Source: Macrostomum lignano (Eukaryota). Taken from it: a stretch of 64,000 nucleotides of DNA. The notes under the pieces were generated by a model. That model had not been told where the DNA came from. It made no database searches and saw only the letters and a list, made by a program, of their open reading frames with translations. A program made the position numbers and the translations under genes. Numbering within the stretch: position 1 is the first letter of the stretch; each line of letters opens with the position of its first letter. Of this stretch, positions 46,680-58,924 are shown in pieces. Location: the NCBI GenBank assembly GCA_002269645.1, contig NIVC01000646.1, forward strand, positions 1 to 64,000, read 5' to 3'.

Positions 46680-48890
46680 TGTAGATCTTCAATTATCTAA
46701 GACTCGAGAGCTCTCGTAGATCTCAATTATCTAAGACTCGAGAGCTCTCGTAGATCTCAATTATCTAAGACTCGAGAGCTCTCATAGATCTCAATTATCT
46801 AAGACTCGAGAGCTCTCATAGATCTCAATTATCTAAGACTCGAGAGCTCTCGTAGATCTTCAATTATCTAAGACTCGAGAGCTCTCATAGATCTCAATTA
46901 TCTAAGACTCGAGAGCTCTCGTAGATCTCAATTATCTAAGACTCGAGACTTTTATAGATCTCAATTATCTAAGACTCGAGACTTTTATAGATCTCAATTA
47001 TCTAAGACTCGAGAGCTTTTATAGATCTCAATTATCTAAGACTCGAGAGCTTTCATAGATCTCAATTATCTAAGACTCGAGACTTTTATAGATCTCAATT
47101 ATCTAAGACTCGAGAGCTTTTATAGATCTCAATTATCTAAGACTCGAGACTTTTATAGATCTCAATTATCTAAGACTCGAGAGCTTTTATAGATCTCAAT
47201 TATCTAAGACTCGAGAGCTCTCATAGATCTCAATTATCTAAGACTCGAGAGCTCTCGTAGATCTCAATTATCTAAGACTCGAGAGCTCTCATAGATCTCA
47301 ATTATCTAAGACTCGAGACTTTTATAGATCTCAATTATCTAAGACTCGAGAGCTTTTATAGATCTCAATTATCTAAGACTCGAGACTTTTATAGATCTCA
47401 ATTATCTAAGACTCGAGAGCTCTCATAGATCTCAATTATCTAAGACTCGAGAGCTCTTATAGATCTCAATTATCTAAGACTCGAGAGCTCTCGTAGATCT
47501 CAATTATCTAAGACTCGAGAGCTCTCATAGATCTCAATTATCTAAGACTCGAGACTTTTATAGATCTCAATTATCTAAGACTCGAGAGCTTTTATAGATC
47601 TCAATTATCTAAGACTCGAGAGCTTTTATAGATCTCAATTATCTAAGACTCGAGAGCTTTTATAGATCTCAATTATCTAAGACTCGAGAGCTTTTATAGA
47701 TCTCAATTATCTAAGACTCGAGAGCTCTCGTAGATCTCAATTATCTAAGACTCGAGAGCTTTTATAGATCTCAATTATCTAAGACTCGAGACTTTTATAG
47801 ATCTCAATTATCTAAGACTCGAGAGCTTTTATAGATCTCAATTATCTAAGACTCGAGACTTTTATAGATCTCAATTATCTAAGACTCGAGAGCTTTTATA
47901 GATCTCAATTATCTAAGACTCGAGAGCTCTCATAGATCTGAATCGTCTAAGAATCGAGAGCTCTCATAGATCTCAATAATTTAAGACTCAAGAGCTCTCG
48001 TAGATCTTCAATTATCTAAGACTCGAGAGCTCTCATAGACCTCAATTATCTAAGACTCGAGAGCTCTCGTAGATCTCAATTATCTAAGACTCGAGACTTT
48101 TATAGATCTCAATTATCTAAGACTCGAGACTTTTATAGATCTCAATTATCTAAGACTCGAGAGCTCTCGTAGATCTCAATTATCTAAGACTCGAGAGCTC
48201 TCATAGATCTCAATTATCTAAGACTCGAGAGCTCTCGTAGATCTCAATTATCTAAGACTCGAGACTTTTATAGATCTCAATTATCTAAGACTCGAGACTT
48301 TTATAGATCTCAATTATCTAAGACTCGAGAGCTCTCGTAGATCTCAATTATCTAAGACTCGAGACTTTTATAGATCTCAATTATCTAAGACTCGAGAGCT
48401 TTTGTAGATCTTCAATCATCTAAGACTCGAGAGCTTTCATTGATCTCAATTATCTAAGACTCGAGAGCTTTCATAGATCTCAATTATCTAAGACTCGAGA
48501 GCTCTCATAGATCTCAATTATCTAAGACTCGAGAGCTCTCATAGATCTCAATTATCTAAGACTCGAGAGCTCTCATAGATCTCAATTATCTAAGACTCGA
48601 GAGCTTTCATAGATCTCAAACAAGCTAAGACTCAATATCTCTTGTAGATCTCAATAATTTAAGACTCAAGAGTTCCCATAGATCTGAATCATCTGATAAG
48701 AGTCGAGAGCTCTCACGGATCTCAATCATCTAAGACTCAAAACTGTCATATATCTCGATCATCTAAGACTCGAGAGCTCTCATAGATCTCAATCATCCAA
48801 AAATTGAGAGCTTTCATTGATCTCAACAAGCTAAGACTCAATAACCCTCGTAGATCTCAATAATCTAAGACTCGAGAGCTCTCGTAGATC
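46680..48890. repeat. 34-bp palindrome-rich satellite (agatctcaattatctaagactcgagagctctcat)n, ~64 copies
   Basis: Directly visible; homogeneous centre, degenerate edges. Confidence 0.98.
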
Positions 48891-48916
48891 TCCCACATTC
48901 ACACTCTCACTCTCAC

Positions 48917-49050
48917 CTGGCAGCCTGATTCTGCGCTGTCATTTGGTGACTGCGCCACAGCAGACTGCGAGCATTGAGCGGGCGCAACAGCGCTGTCCAC
49001 GGCCCCTTGCAGATCTCTGGCCCGACCACCAAACGTGTTCAGCCGGTCAG
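48917..49050 (-). CDS. Possible upstream exon of the dystrophin-like gene
   Basis: ttttcag|SDRLNTFGGRARDLQGAVDS...GCQ|gtgaga; open frame between good splice sites; no diagnostic motif. Confidence 0.35.
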
Positions 49051-49579
49051 ACTGAAAATGCTGCATTGTCAGATGGGATTGATGGTCTTTAAAATATCTT
49101 CCCAATCTTTTCTGCCTCAATTTAAAATCATTTGTACGTTGATTGGGTGGAAGTGTTTGGCTAATCTTTAGTCCAGATGCTATCTGTTAGAAGTCCATGT
49201 CTCCTGATTCTCCTCAACTCAGCCTGGCGAGGAAACTAATAAAAGCAGCAGAAGAACAGACACCATTGGAATTCAGGCAATCCCTGCTGCACTTATCCCC
49301 CAATATCCCCAAAGCGGCTCTTGTATTCAGCAATAACCAGTCCTGCTGCGTAAGTTTATACTCGCTCCTTATGCCAGATCACGGATTCACGGCGTCCACT
49401 GTACTTGAGGATTTTTCTGCTAATTCCAGACAGCTAGCGAAGGGACAAAACTCCTCAATCTGATCCGTGATCCCATTACACTGCCGCAATAGTTAGAGCC
49501 GGCTGATGTTACATGTAATATACTATATTATGAAATACTTACTACTGGAAATATAGTACAATGGGCTAATTATGGCAGA

Positions 49580-50465
49580 GTATCTCAGTTGCTGAGGTAT
49601 CTCAGTAACTGGGGGCATCTCAGTAGCTGGGGTATCTCAGTAGCTAAGGTATCTCAGTAGCTGTGGTATCTGAGTAGCTGGGGTATCTCAGTAGCTGGGG
49701 TATCTCAGTAGCTGGGGTATCTCAGTAGCTGGGGTATCTCAGTAGCTGGGGGGCATCTCAGTAGCTGAGGTATCTCAGTAGCTGAGGTATCTCAGTAACT
49801 GGGGGCATCTCAGTAGCTGGGGTATCTCATTAGCTGGGGTATCTCAGTAGCTAAGGTATATCAGTAGCTGTGGTATCTCAGTAGCTGGGGTATCTCAGTA
49901 GCTGGGGTATCTCAGTAGCTGGGGCATCTCAGTAGCTGAGGTATCTCAGTAGCTGGGGTATCTCAGTAGCTGGGGTATCTCAGTATCTGGGGTATCTCAG
50001 TAGCTGAGGTATCTCAGTAGCTGAGGTATCTCAGTAGCTGGGGGGCATCTCAGTAGCTGAGGTATCTCAGTAGCTGAGGTATCTCAGTAGCTGGGGGGCA
50101 TCTCAGTAGCTGAGGTATCTCAGTAGCTGAGGTATCTCAGTAGCTGGGGTATCTCAGTAGCTGAGGTATCTCAGTAGCTGGGTTATCTCAGTAGCTGAGG
50201 TATCTCAGTAGCTGGGGGGCATCTCAGTAGCTGAGGTATCTCAGTAGCTGGGGTATCTCAGTAGCTGAGGTATCTCAGTAGCTGGGGGCATCTCAGTAGC
50301 TGAGGTATCTCAGTAGCTGAGGTATCTCAGTAGCTGGGGTATCTCAGTAGCTGAGGTATCTCAGTAGCTGGGGGGCATCTCAGTAGCTGGGGTATCTCAG
50401 TAGCTGGGGTATCTCAGTAGCTGAGGTATCTCAGTAGCTGAGGTATCTCAGTAGCTGGCGTATCT
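49580..50465. repeat. 16-bp array (gggtatctcagtagct)n
   Basis: Directly visible. Confidence 0.97.
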
Positions 50466-50494
50466 CAAAAGTGCATTTGTTATAAAAGTCTTAT

Positions 50495-50995
50495 AGTGTT
50501 ATGCAAACGTCTAACAATGTTATGCAAGAGCGGTCTGTGAGTGCTATGCCAGTGTCTAACAGTGTTATGCAAGAGCGGTCTGTGAGATTTATGCCAGTGT
50601 CTAACAGTGTTATGCAAAAGTGGTCTGTGAGTGTGATGCCAGTGTCTAACAGTGTTATGCAGGAGCGGTCTGTGAGATTTATGCCAGTGTCTAACAGTGT
50701 TATGCAAAAGTGGTCTGTGAGTGTGATGCCAGTGTCTAACAGTGTTATGCAAGAGCGGTCTGTGAGATTTATGCCAGTGTCTAACAGTGTTATGCAAAAG
50801 TGGTCTGTGAGTTTTATGCCAGTGTCTAACAGTGTTATGCAAAAGTGGTCTGTGAGTTTTATGCCAGTGTCTAACAGTGTTATGCAAGAGCGGTCTGTGA
50901 GTGTGATGCCAGTGTCTAATAGTGTTATGCAAAAGCGGTCTAACAGTGCTATGCAAGTGTCTAACAATGTTATGCAAAAGCGGTCTGTGAGTGCT
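50495..50995. repeat. 45-bp array (gtctaacagtgttatgcaagagcggtctgtgagtgtgatgccagt)n
   Basis: Directly visible, ~11 copies. Confidence 0.97.
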
Positions 50996-51379
50996 ATTCT
51001 CACCAGTCCAATTAGACTCGCTGCATCCATGATGAAGGCTGAGAACTTTCCCGAAGTCAGCATCCTGTTGCAATGCTATAGAGCTGCATTAACACTGGGA
51101 ATTGAATGATGAGCAAATAGCGACGCTCAATAGCTGCAGATATCCAGAATCACAGGCAGCACTGAGGCACTCAGGTTTTGTTCTCAGCTTGCACTTCTAC
51201 GGAGAGCCCCACGGTCTGGCCACTCGCGCGAGCAATAAGATGGCAACGAAAGCCAATCCGCTGAGCGGCGGGGAGAGGGGCCTGGCGAAAATTTAGGATA
51301 TTTATGCCTTCTCGACTTATGTAGGCTGTGCTTTATCAAGCTTGGCCTATTGAGCTGATGCTTAGAAATTCGTGAGGTT

Positions 51380-52730
51380 GAGATTAGCAATTCATTTGCT
51401 ATAGATTAGCAATCCATGAGCTACAGATTAGCTATCCATGAGCTATAGATTAGCAATCCATGAGCTATAGATTAGCTATCCATGAGCTACAGATTAGCAA
51501 TCCATGAGCTATAGATTAGCAATTCATTTGCTATAGATTAGCAATCCATGAGCTACAGATTAGCTATCCATGAGCTATAGATTAGCAATCCATGAGCTAT
51601 AGATTAGCTATCCATGAGCTACAGATTAGCAATCCATGAGCTATAGATTAGCAATTCATTTGCTATAGATTAGCAATCCATGAGCTATAGATTAGCAATT
51701 CATTTGCTATAGATTAGCAATCCATGAGCTACAGATTAGCTATCCATGAGCTATAGATTAGCAATCCATGAGCTATAGATTAGCAATCCATGAGCTATAG
51801 ATTAGCAATCCATGAGCTACAGATTAGCTATCCATGAGCTATAGATTAGCAATCCATGAGCTATAGATTAGCAATCCATGAGCTACAGATTAGCAATCCA
51901 TGAGCTATAGATTAGCAATCCATGAGCTATAGATTAGCTATCCATGAGCTATAGATTAGCTATCCATGAGCTATAGATTAGCAATCCATGAGCTATAGAT
52001 TAGCAATCCATGAGCTATAGATTAGCAATCCATGAGCTACAGATTAGCTATCCATGAGCTATAGATTAGCAATCCATGAGCTACAGATTAGCTATCCATG
52101 AGCTATAGATTAGCAATCCATGAGCTATAGATTAGCAATCCATGAGCTACAGATTAGCAATCCATGAGCTATAGATTAGCAATTCATTTGCTATAGATTA
52201 GCAATCCATGAGCTACAGATTAGCAATCCATGAGCTATAGATTAGCAATCCATGAGCTATAGATTAGCAATCCATGAGCTATAGATTAGCAATCCATGAG
52301 CTACAGATTAGCTATCCATGAGCTATAGATTAGCAATCCATGAGCTATAGATTAGCAATCCATGAGCTACAGATTAGCAATCCATGAGCTATAGATTAGC
52401 AATTCATTTGCTATAGATTAGCAATCCATGAGCTACAGATTAGCTATCCATGAGCTATAGATTAGCAATCCATGAGCTATAGATTAGCTATCCATGAGCT
52501 ACAGATTAGCAATCCATGAGCTATAGATTAGCAATCCATGAGCTACAGATTAGCTATCCATGAGCTATAGATTAGCAATCCATGAGCTATAGATAAGCAA
52601 TTCGTGAGCTATAGATTAGCTATCCATGAGCTATAGATTAGCAATCCATGAGCTATAGATTAGCAATCCATGAGCTATAGATTAGCAATCCATGAGCTAT
52701 AGATTAGCAATCCATGGTCTATGGATTAGA
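51380..52730. repeat. ~21-bp array (tagattagcaatccatgagcta)n
   Basis: Directly visible. Confidence 0.97.
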
Positions 52731-53164
52731 TTGGCATTGGATCCGTACAATTGGAATAGATTAGAAATCCATTCTGTTCCCTCATCGCAAGGCTTTAATG
52801 CAGTTCTCAGAAAAATCAGGATTTTTTATACAAATGTTTGGCTTTTTAAATATTTCTTCAACAAGATGAAAATCCCGGACCAAACGCGTTCCTTCCAATG
52901 CGGACTCTGGCTTAAGAGTATTATTTGTGTAAGAAGCCAGCAATCCGGAGAAATTTGATTTCAATGCCTCCGCACTTTCGCTCTTCACAGCCGGATCTCA
53001 GAAAGCGAGAAACGTCACGCCCGCTTACGACAAGAAATTTCGCGTCGGGCCAGCATGGAATTGGCGCGTTTTATGCGCTCTGCACAGAATTCTCATTTCG
53101 AATGTTCTACTAAAAGTAGAAAGTTTAGTATTATGCTTTCTATTGACTACAAAGAAGTTCAACA

Positions 53165-54640
53165 TTAGTCGGCTGCTGTTTTGCTGTTGTTGCTTTGACT
53201 GCTGTTTTGCTGTTGTTGCTTTGGCTGCTGCTTTGCTGTTGTTGTTGTTTTTGCTGCTGCTTTGCTGTTGTTGCTTTGGCTGCTGTTTTGCTGTTGTTGC
53301 TTTGGCCGCTGCTTTGCTGTTCTTGTTGCTTTGGCTGTTTTGCTGTTGTTGCTTTTGCTGCTGTTTCGCTGTTGTTGCTTTGGCTGCTGTTTTGCTGTTG
53401 TTGCTTTGGCTGCTGTTTTGCTGTTGTTGCTTTGGCTGCTGTTTTGCTGTTATTGCTTTGGCTGCTGTTTTGCTGTTGTTGCTTTGGCTGCTATTTTGCT
53501 GTTGTTGCTTTGGCTGCTGTTTTGCTGTTGTTGCTTTGGCTGCTGTTTTGCTGTTATTGCTTTGGCTGCTGTTTTGCTGTTGTTGCTTTGGCTGCTATTT
53601 TGCTGTTGTTGCTTTGGCTGCTGTTTTGCTGTTGTTGCTTTGGCTGCTGTTTTGCTGTTGTTGCTTTGGCTGCTGTTTTGCTGTTGCTGCTTTGGCTGCT
53701 GTTTTGCTGTTGTTGCTTTGGCTGCTGTTTTGCTGTTGCTGCTTTGGCTGCTGTTTTGCTGTTGTTGCTTTGGCTGCTGTTTTGCTGTTGTTGCTTTGGC
53801 TGCTGTTTTGCTGTTGTTGCTTTGGCTGCTGTTTTGCTGTTGTTGCTTTGGCTGCTGTTTTGCTGTTGTTGCTTTGGCTGCTGTTTTGCTGTTGCTGCTT
53901 TGGCTGCTGTTTTGCTGTTGTTGCTTTGGCTGCTATTTTGCTGTTGTTGCTTTGGCTGCTGTTTTGCTGTTATTGCTTTGGCTGCTATTTTGCTGTTGCT
54001 GCTTTGGCTGCTGTTTTGCTGTTGTTGTTGCTTTGGCTGCTGTTTTGCTGTTGTTGCTTTGGCTGCTGTTTTGCTGTTGTTGCTTTGGCTGCTGTTTTGC
54101 TGTTGTTGCTTTGGCTGCTGTTTTGCTGTTGCTGCTTTGGCTGCTGTTTTGCTGTTGTTGTTGCTTTGGCTGCTGTTTTGCTGTTGTTGCTTTGGCTGCT
54201 GTTTTGCTGTTGCTGCTTTGGCTGCTGTTTTGCTGTTGTTGCTTTGGCTGCTGTTTTGCTGTTGTTGCTTTGGCTGCTGTTTTGCTGTTGTTGCTTTGGC
54301 TGCTGTTTTGCTGTTGTTGCTTTGGCTGCTGTTTTGCTGTTGTTGCTTTGGCTGCTGTTTTGCTGTTATTGCTTTGGCTGCTGTTTTGCTGTTGTTGCTT
54401 TGGCTGCTGTTTTGCTGTTGCTGCTTTGGCTGCTGTTTTGCTGTTGTTGCTTTGGCTGCTGTTTTTCTGTTATTGCTTTGGCTGCTGTTTTGCTGTTGCT
54501 GCTTTGGCTGCTGTTTTGCTGTTGTTGTTGCTTTGGCTGCTGTTTTGCTGTTATTGCTTTGGCTGCTGTTTTGCTGTTGCTGCTTTGGCTGCTGTTTTGC
54601 TGTTGTTGTTGCTTTGGCTGCTGTTTTGCTGTTGTTGTCG
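53165..54640. repeat. 26-bp low-complexity array (gctgttgttgctttggctgctgtttt)n
   Basis: Directly visible; gives the ~500-aa L/C/A pseudo-ORFs in three frames with a 26-aa period. Confidence 0.97.
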
Positions 54641-55169
54641 CTAATGATTTTTAAGGTTAACTCTAAGACATGCTTTTGTTGGCTCTTTCAAAGGGGGACT
54701 CGCCCTGATTAGGATATTTGTAATTTAATTTCACTTCTTCAATAACCCAGGGCAACAAAATTCAACAGATGAGCACTCCATCAAGCTGAGTAACCGGACA
54801 AAATTTGACAGGAAATACAGCAGGTGAAAATCTGGAGCAGTGAAAACTGCTCCCTAAATTCAGATGGGTAATAAGACGATCTATTCTTTAAAAAAGCCCC
54901 TACGAGTAGAGAACACAATTCCACACCAGCATGCTGGGTGGAAAATTTAATTATTACCCTCGAGACGAAACTGCGGATGCTATTGTAATAACGGAAAAAT
55001 AAATTGCAATAAGCTGAGCCAAGGTAAATTGCTCGCTCAGTCCCGCAGAAGCTGTCAGAATCAGTCGGTAGGGAAACATTGCTTAACGAAAAAGCGAAGA
55101 CCGCTAAGAACAGACTCAGAATAGCGAGACGGACAAAACAGGAGGAAAACGATCAGTGTTATGCTGTGG

Positions 55170-55490
55170 TCGGTGCTGTGGTTAGTTGGTGCAGTGGGTG
55201 GTGGGTACTGTGGGGTGGTGGGTGCTGTGGGGTGGTGGGTGCTGTGGGGTGGTGGGTGTTGTGGGTGATGGGTGTTGTGGGGTGATGGGTGCTCTGGGGT
55301 GACGGGTGCTCTGGGGTGACGGGTGCTGTGGGGTGGTAGGTGCTGTGGGGTGGTGGGTGATGTGGGTGACGGGTGCTGTGGGTGGTGGGTGCTGTGGGGT
55401 GGTAGGTGCTGTGGGTGATGGGTGCTGTGGGGTGGTGGGTGCTGTGGGTGACGGGTGCTGTGGGGTGGTGGGTGCTGTGGATGGTGCGTG
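55170..55490. repeat. GT-rich degenerate array (gggtgctgtggggtggt)n
   Basis: Directly visible. Confidence 0.9.
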
Positions 55491-56708
55491 CTATGGAGCT
55501 GAGTTCGGAGCGGAGCTGAGCTGAGTCCTGTCGGATTAAATAATTTTATACCTTTCTTTATCTATTGTTGCCTTTGTACAGACAGTTTTTTATGTCCTTT
55601 AGTTAGCCTCCGTAACAAATTGGTTACGCGTATCGTCCTCCCGTCTGCACTTCTACAATCTACCTGTCTGTTGAAAATACCATTGCTTCTCTTATCTAAC
55701 CCTTGCCTCATTCTGATTAGCTCTCCCTTCGTCTCACACTGTGACGTCTTGCACTCTGTCTATTCAACAACTCTAACCTTCGGACTGAGGCCAAGGCTTG
55801 CATTCTTATCAGCACCGCCACCCCTTCCCTTAATTAGTGAAATCAAATATACAAATACAGTACAATACTGACTTTTATGGCTTTGATTTTGGCAATAATC
55901 AAACTAGTGCAACTAATGACTTATTCTTTGAAATGGCAAGTCCTATTCAAAGCTGCACTTAGTGCTGTAGCTATAAGTGAAATAAGATCAAACTCGATTT
56001 TTGAGAATGCAGTTGAACGGAGACAATGCAATGCTTCATACAAAGCTAAGGTGTATGTTTATTTTAGTTATACCGGTTAATTATATTGCGCAATGAAACC
56101 ATATTCCATAAGACCATAATACAATTACGGTCGTATAAAACAACTCCATTAGCATAGACACGGTGCTGACTCCGTAAGCTTACAAAAATACTCACATCTG
56201 GCAGAGAATCACTGACGAATGTGTCAAAATTATTCCTTAGCAAGGGAGAAAAGACAAGGGAGAACTAAGATCCCCTTTCAGGTTGTTAGAAGTTTAATAA
56301 CAGGGCAAGGGCAGAAACAACGGAGTGAATTATTTGAAGAAAAAACATTCAAAGCGGTTCAAATTTTAAAAGCAGAAACAAATTACAGAAAGCGCAAACG
56401 AAAATTGCTGGAATACACGAGACCGGTAGTATGGCGCGCACTGATAAACAGCTATGAAGCTAACGGACAAAATCAACAAAGCCGAAGACAAAAAATTAGT
56501 ACTCAAATGTGAACAATTAGATGAGAAAATTTGGGATCTTATGTCAACTTTAGTTTCTACGAAATGGAACCGATTTATGGAACAAGGGTCGTGCGCGGTG
56601 TGCGAGAGTCGGGCGCGTTTACCACAAGCTGCTCTGCCCCTATCAGAGGCACAGAACAGAACAGTTCTGTGATCAGATGTTCAAGTTAGCTATTTTCCCC
56701 ACAGATAT

Positions 56709-57148
56709 TAGAATAACTATAGATGGGCCACTCAGCACATTTGCGTGTAAGCTACTTTCAGTTCAGTAGTAAAGTTAAACAGAAGCATTTTAATGTATTT
56801 TTAAAGCCAAGGCTCATTTATTGGCTCTTACCCACCTCCAGTTTAAACCGGCCTTTCCACACTACCCCCCGCCCCCCCCCCCCCCCCCAATTTTATTGCC
56901 TTTCTCGGAATTCCAGCCTAAAGCTGCCATGTACATTTCAGTGGCGCTGGCTAATGTACATTACTGCTGAACCAATTAGCAAGTTGTTTACGCCTGCAAG
57001 CTTGGCTTCTAAACTTATCAAAGTCATTTCAGCTGCCTTTATTTTTATAAAATAGCTTATGTATTCTTCTTTGCTACTGAACTGAAAGTAGAAAGCTGTT
57101 TTGCTAAGTACGAGTATATATGCCTGAGTGGCCCATCCAGTCATTCTA
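56709..57148. mobile_element. MITE-like fold-back element with long imperfect TIRs
   Basis: gatgggccactcag / ctgagtggcccatc, and ctactttcagttcagtagtaaag / ctttgctactgaactgaaagtag (22/23 match); TA at both outer ends. Confidence 0.7.
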
Positions 57149-57289
57149 GAATCCTAGACTGTGTTTTCCCCTAAACTTTCTACAGTTATTCAGCTATGAT
57201 ATTCCGCTTCCATTTCCGGACTAAAAAAGTCGCATATCTCTGGAAATGCATACAGACGAACAATACATACAAAAATTAAAACGACTATG

Positions 57290-57780
57290 TCATTGGGAAT
57301 CCACAGTCTGTCCCACCTGTTGAGGCGGCGGCGGCTTCGGCGTCGCGGCACGAGACGCGTTGAAGAAGTACTCGGGATTGTACACCGCGGTAGCCAGGCT
57401 GGCCTGTGTCGAGCAGTTGGGCCTCAGGTAGTCGTCTTGCAGCTCTTGGTCGGAGCTCGGGTCGCTGCAGTACTTGTTGTTCACGAGCTTCTCAGGGACT
57501 GTGCCCTGCTTCATCGGTCCAAGATTCGCCATAGCCGCTGCGTTGCCGTAGGCGGCGGCGTCGGCGTCGACCTCAGTGCTGCCGGTTTCGGCGGAAGCCA
57601 GCGGCGGAGGCGACACTCTGAACACCTCGTCAACGTTCACCTCCTCGTTGACCTCCAGAGGCGAATATTCGCCATCGTCGAGACCGTCTCCGGCGCTGCC
57701 ATCGGGCGCGCGGTGCGCCTCCTGCGAGCTGCTGCTGCCGCTGCCAGTCGGTGAGGACCCGGAACTCCCGTTGCAGCCAT

Positions 57781-57811
<31 letters not shown>

Positions 57812-58924
57812 GCCTCCTCCGCAGTTGCCGTCGTCGCGATGAGGCCTTCGACCAGCGGCGAACCTGTCGCCTTTGATGTAGACGTAGCGCCCCGGAGAGT
57901 CGCACATCTTGCGGAAGCTGGACTCGAGCTGGTCGAAGCTGGGCCGCTGGGACTCGTTCAGCATCCAGCATTTTATCATGAGGATGTACACGTCCAGGGT
58001 GCAGATAGGCGGCTGCGGCAGACGTTCGCCTTTCTCCAGGTAGTCGGCGAGGTCAACCGGCCTCACGTTGGCGTAGGGCGGCTCGCCAAACATGAAGATT
58101 TCCCAGAGCGTCACCCCGTAGGCCCAGACGTCGGATTTGTGAGAGAACCGCCGGCAGACGAGGCACTCGAGGGCCAGCCACTTCACAGGCAGCTTGCCAC
58201 CGGAGGCCTGGTACTCTTCGTTGGGATTCTCCATGAGGCGGGCCAGGCCGAAATCAGTGATCTTCACGCACCTGGGCGAGGCGACCAGCACGTTTCTGCA
58301 GGCGAGGTCCCGGTGGATGACGCTGCGCTGCTCCAGGTAGGCCATGCCGCTGGCGATCTGGGCCGCGAAGCACAGCAGGTGGCTGCTCCCGAGCTGCCCG
58401 GTGCCGCGGCGGGCCCGCAGGAAGTCGCGGAGGTTGCCGAGCGGCAGGAAGCGGCTGATGAGCTGCGGCGGCTGAGTCATGCACACTCCGACCAGGCTGA
58501 GGCAGTGCCGGTGCCGGACGGAGGCCATTATGCGGCTCTCGGCGAGTAGCTCGCTGGACAGGCAGCTGCCGCCGCAGTCGCTCGAGTCTGCCAGGATTTT
58601 AATGGCCACTGAGACGTGCTGACGAACCGGACCGTTGCCAACCGAAGCTTCGGCAAGCCACTCGCCGCGGTACACGGTGCCAAAGGCGCCTGAGCCGATT
58701 TCGGCGCCCCTGGTCAGCTCGTTCTCTGAGATGGTGCGCAGAACGGCGATGCCTTCAAGCTCGATGCCGCCCGCGGCGTCGTCCCCTCTGTTGACGCCCT
58801 CGATGCCGTCGTTGGCATTCAAAAGCTCGGCATCTTCGTCCCAGCTGCCATCCATCATCATCACTCGCCGATGGCCGTTCTCGCCAAGTTGGCGTCGTTT
58901 CTCCGTGTCCGCCGCGGCGGCGGC
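57290..58924 (-). CDS. EGFR: EGFR/ErbB-family receptor: juxtamembrane segment, tyrosine kinase and C-tail (in frame with the ectodomain, after a TGA)
   Basis: GSGAFGTVYRG, VAIK, HRDLACRN, VKITDFGLAR, GGKLPVKWLALE, SDVWAYGVTLWE, QPPICTLDVYILMIKCW; tail with NPEY. Confidence 0.93.

Noticed and set aside
46680-48890. CRISPR-like appearance of palindromic 27-46 bp repeats
   Set aside because: Units are head-to-tail with no unique spacers, there are no cas genes, and the context is eukaryotic.
53143-54712. Three ~500-aa Leu/Cys/Ala-rich ORFs
   Set aside because: A stop-free 26-bp repeat read in three frames; not evidence of a membrane protein. The same applies to ORFs at 32877-33525, 39944-40696 and 50480-51109.
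56219-56672. Two overlapping Lys/Arg-rich ORFs
   Set aside because: No recognisable domain or splice structure; possibly decayed TE sequence, so it cannot be supported.
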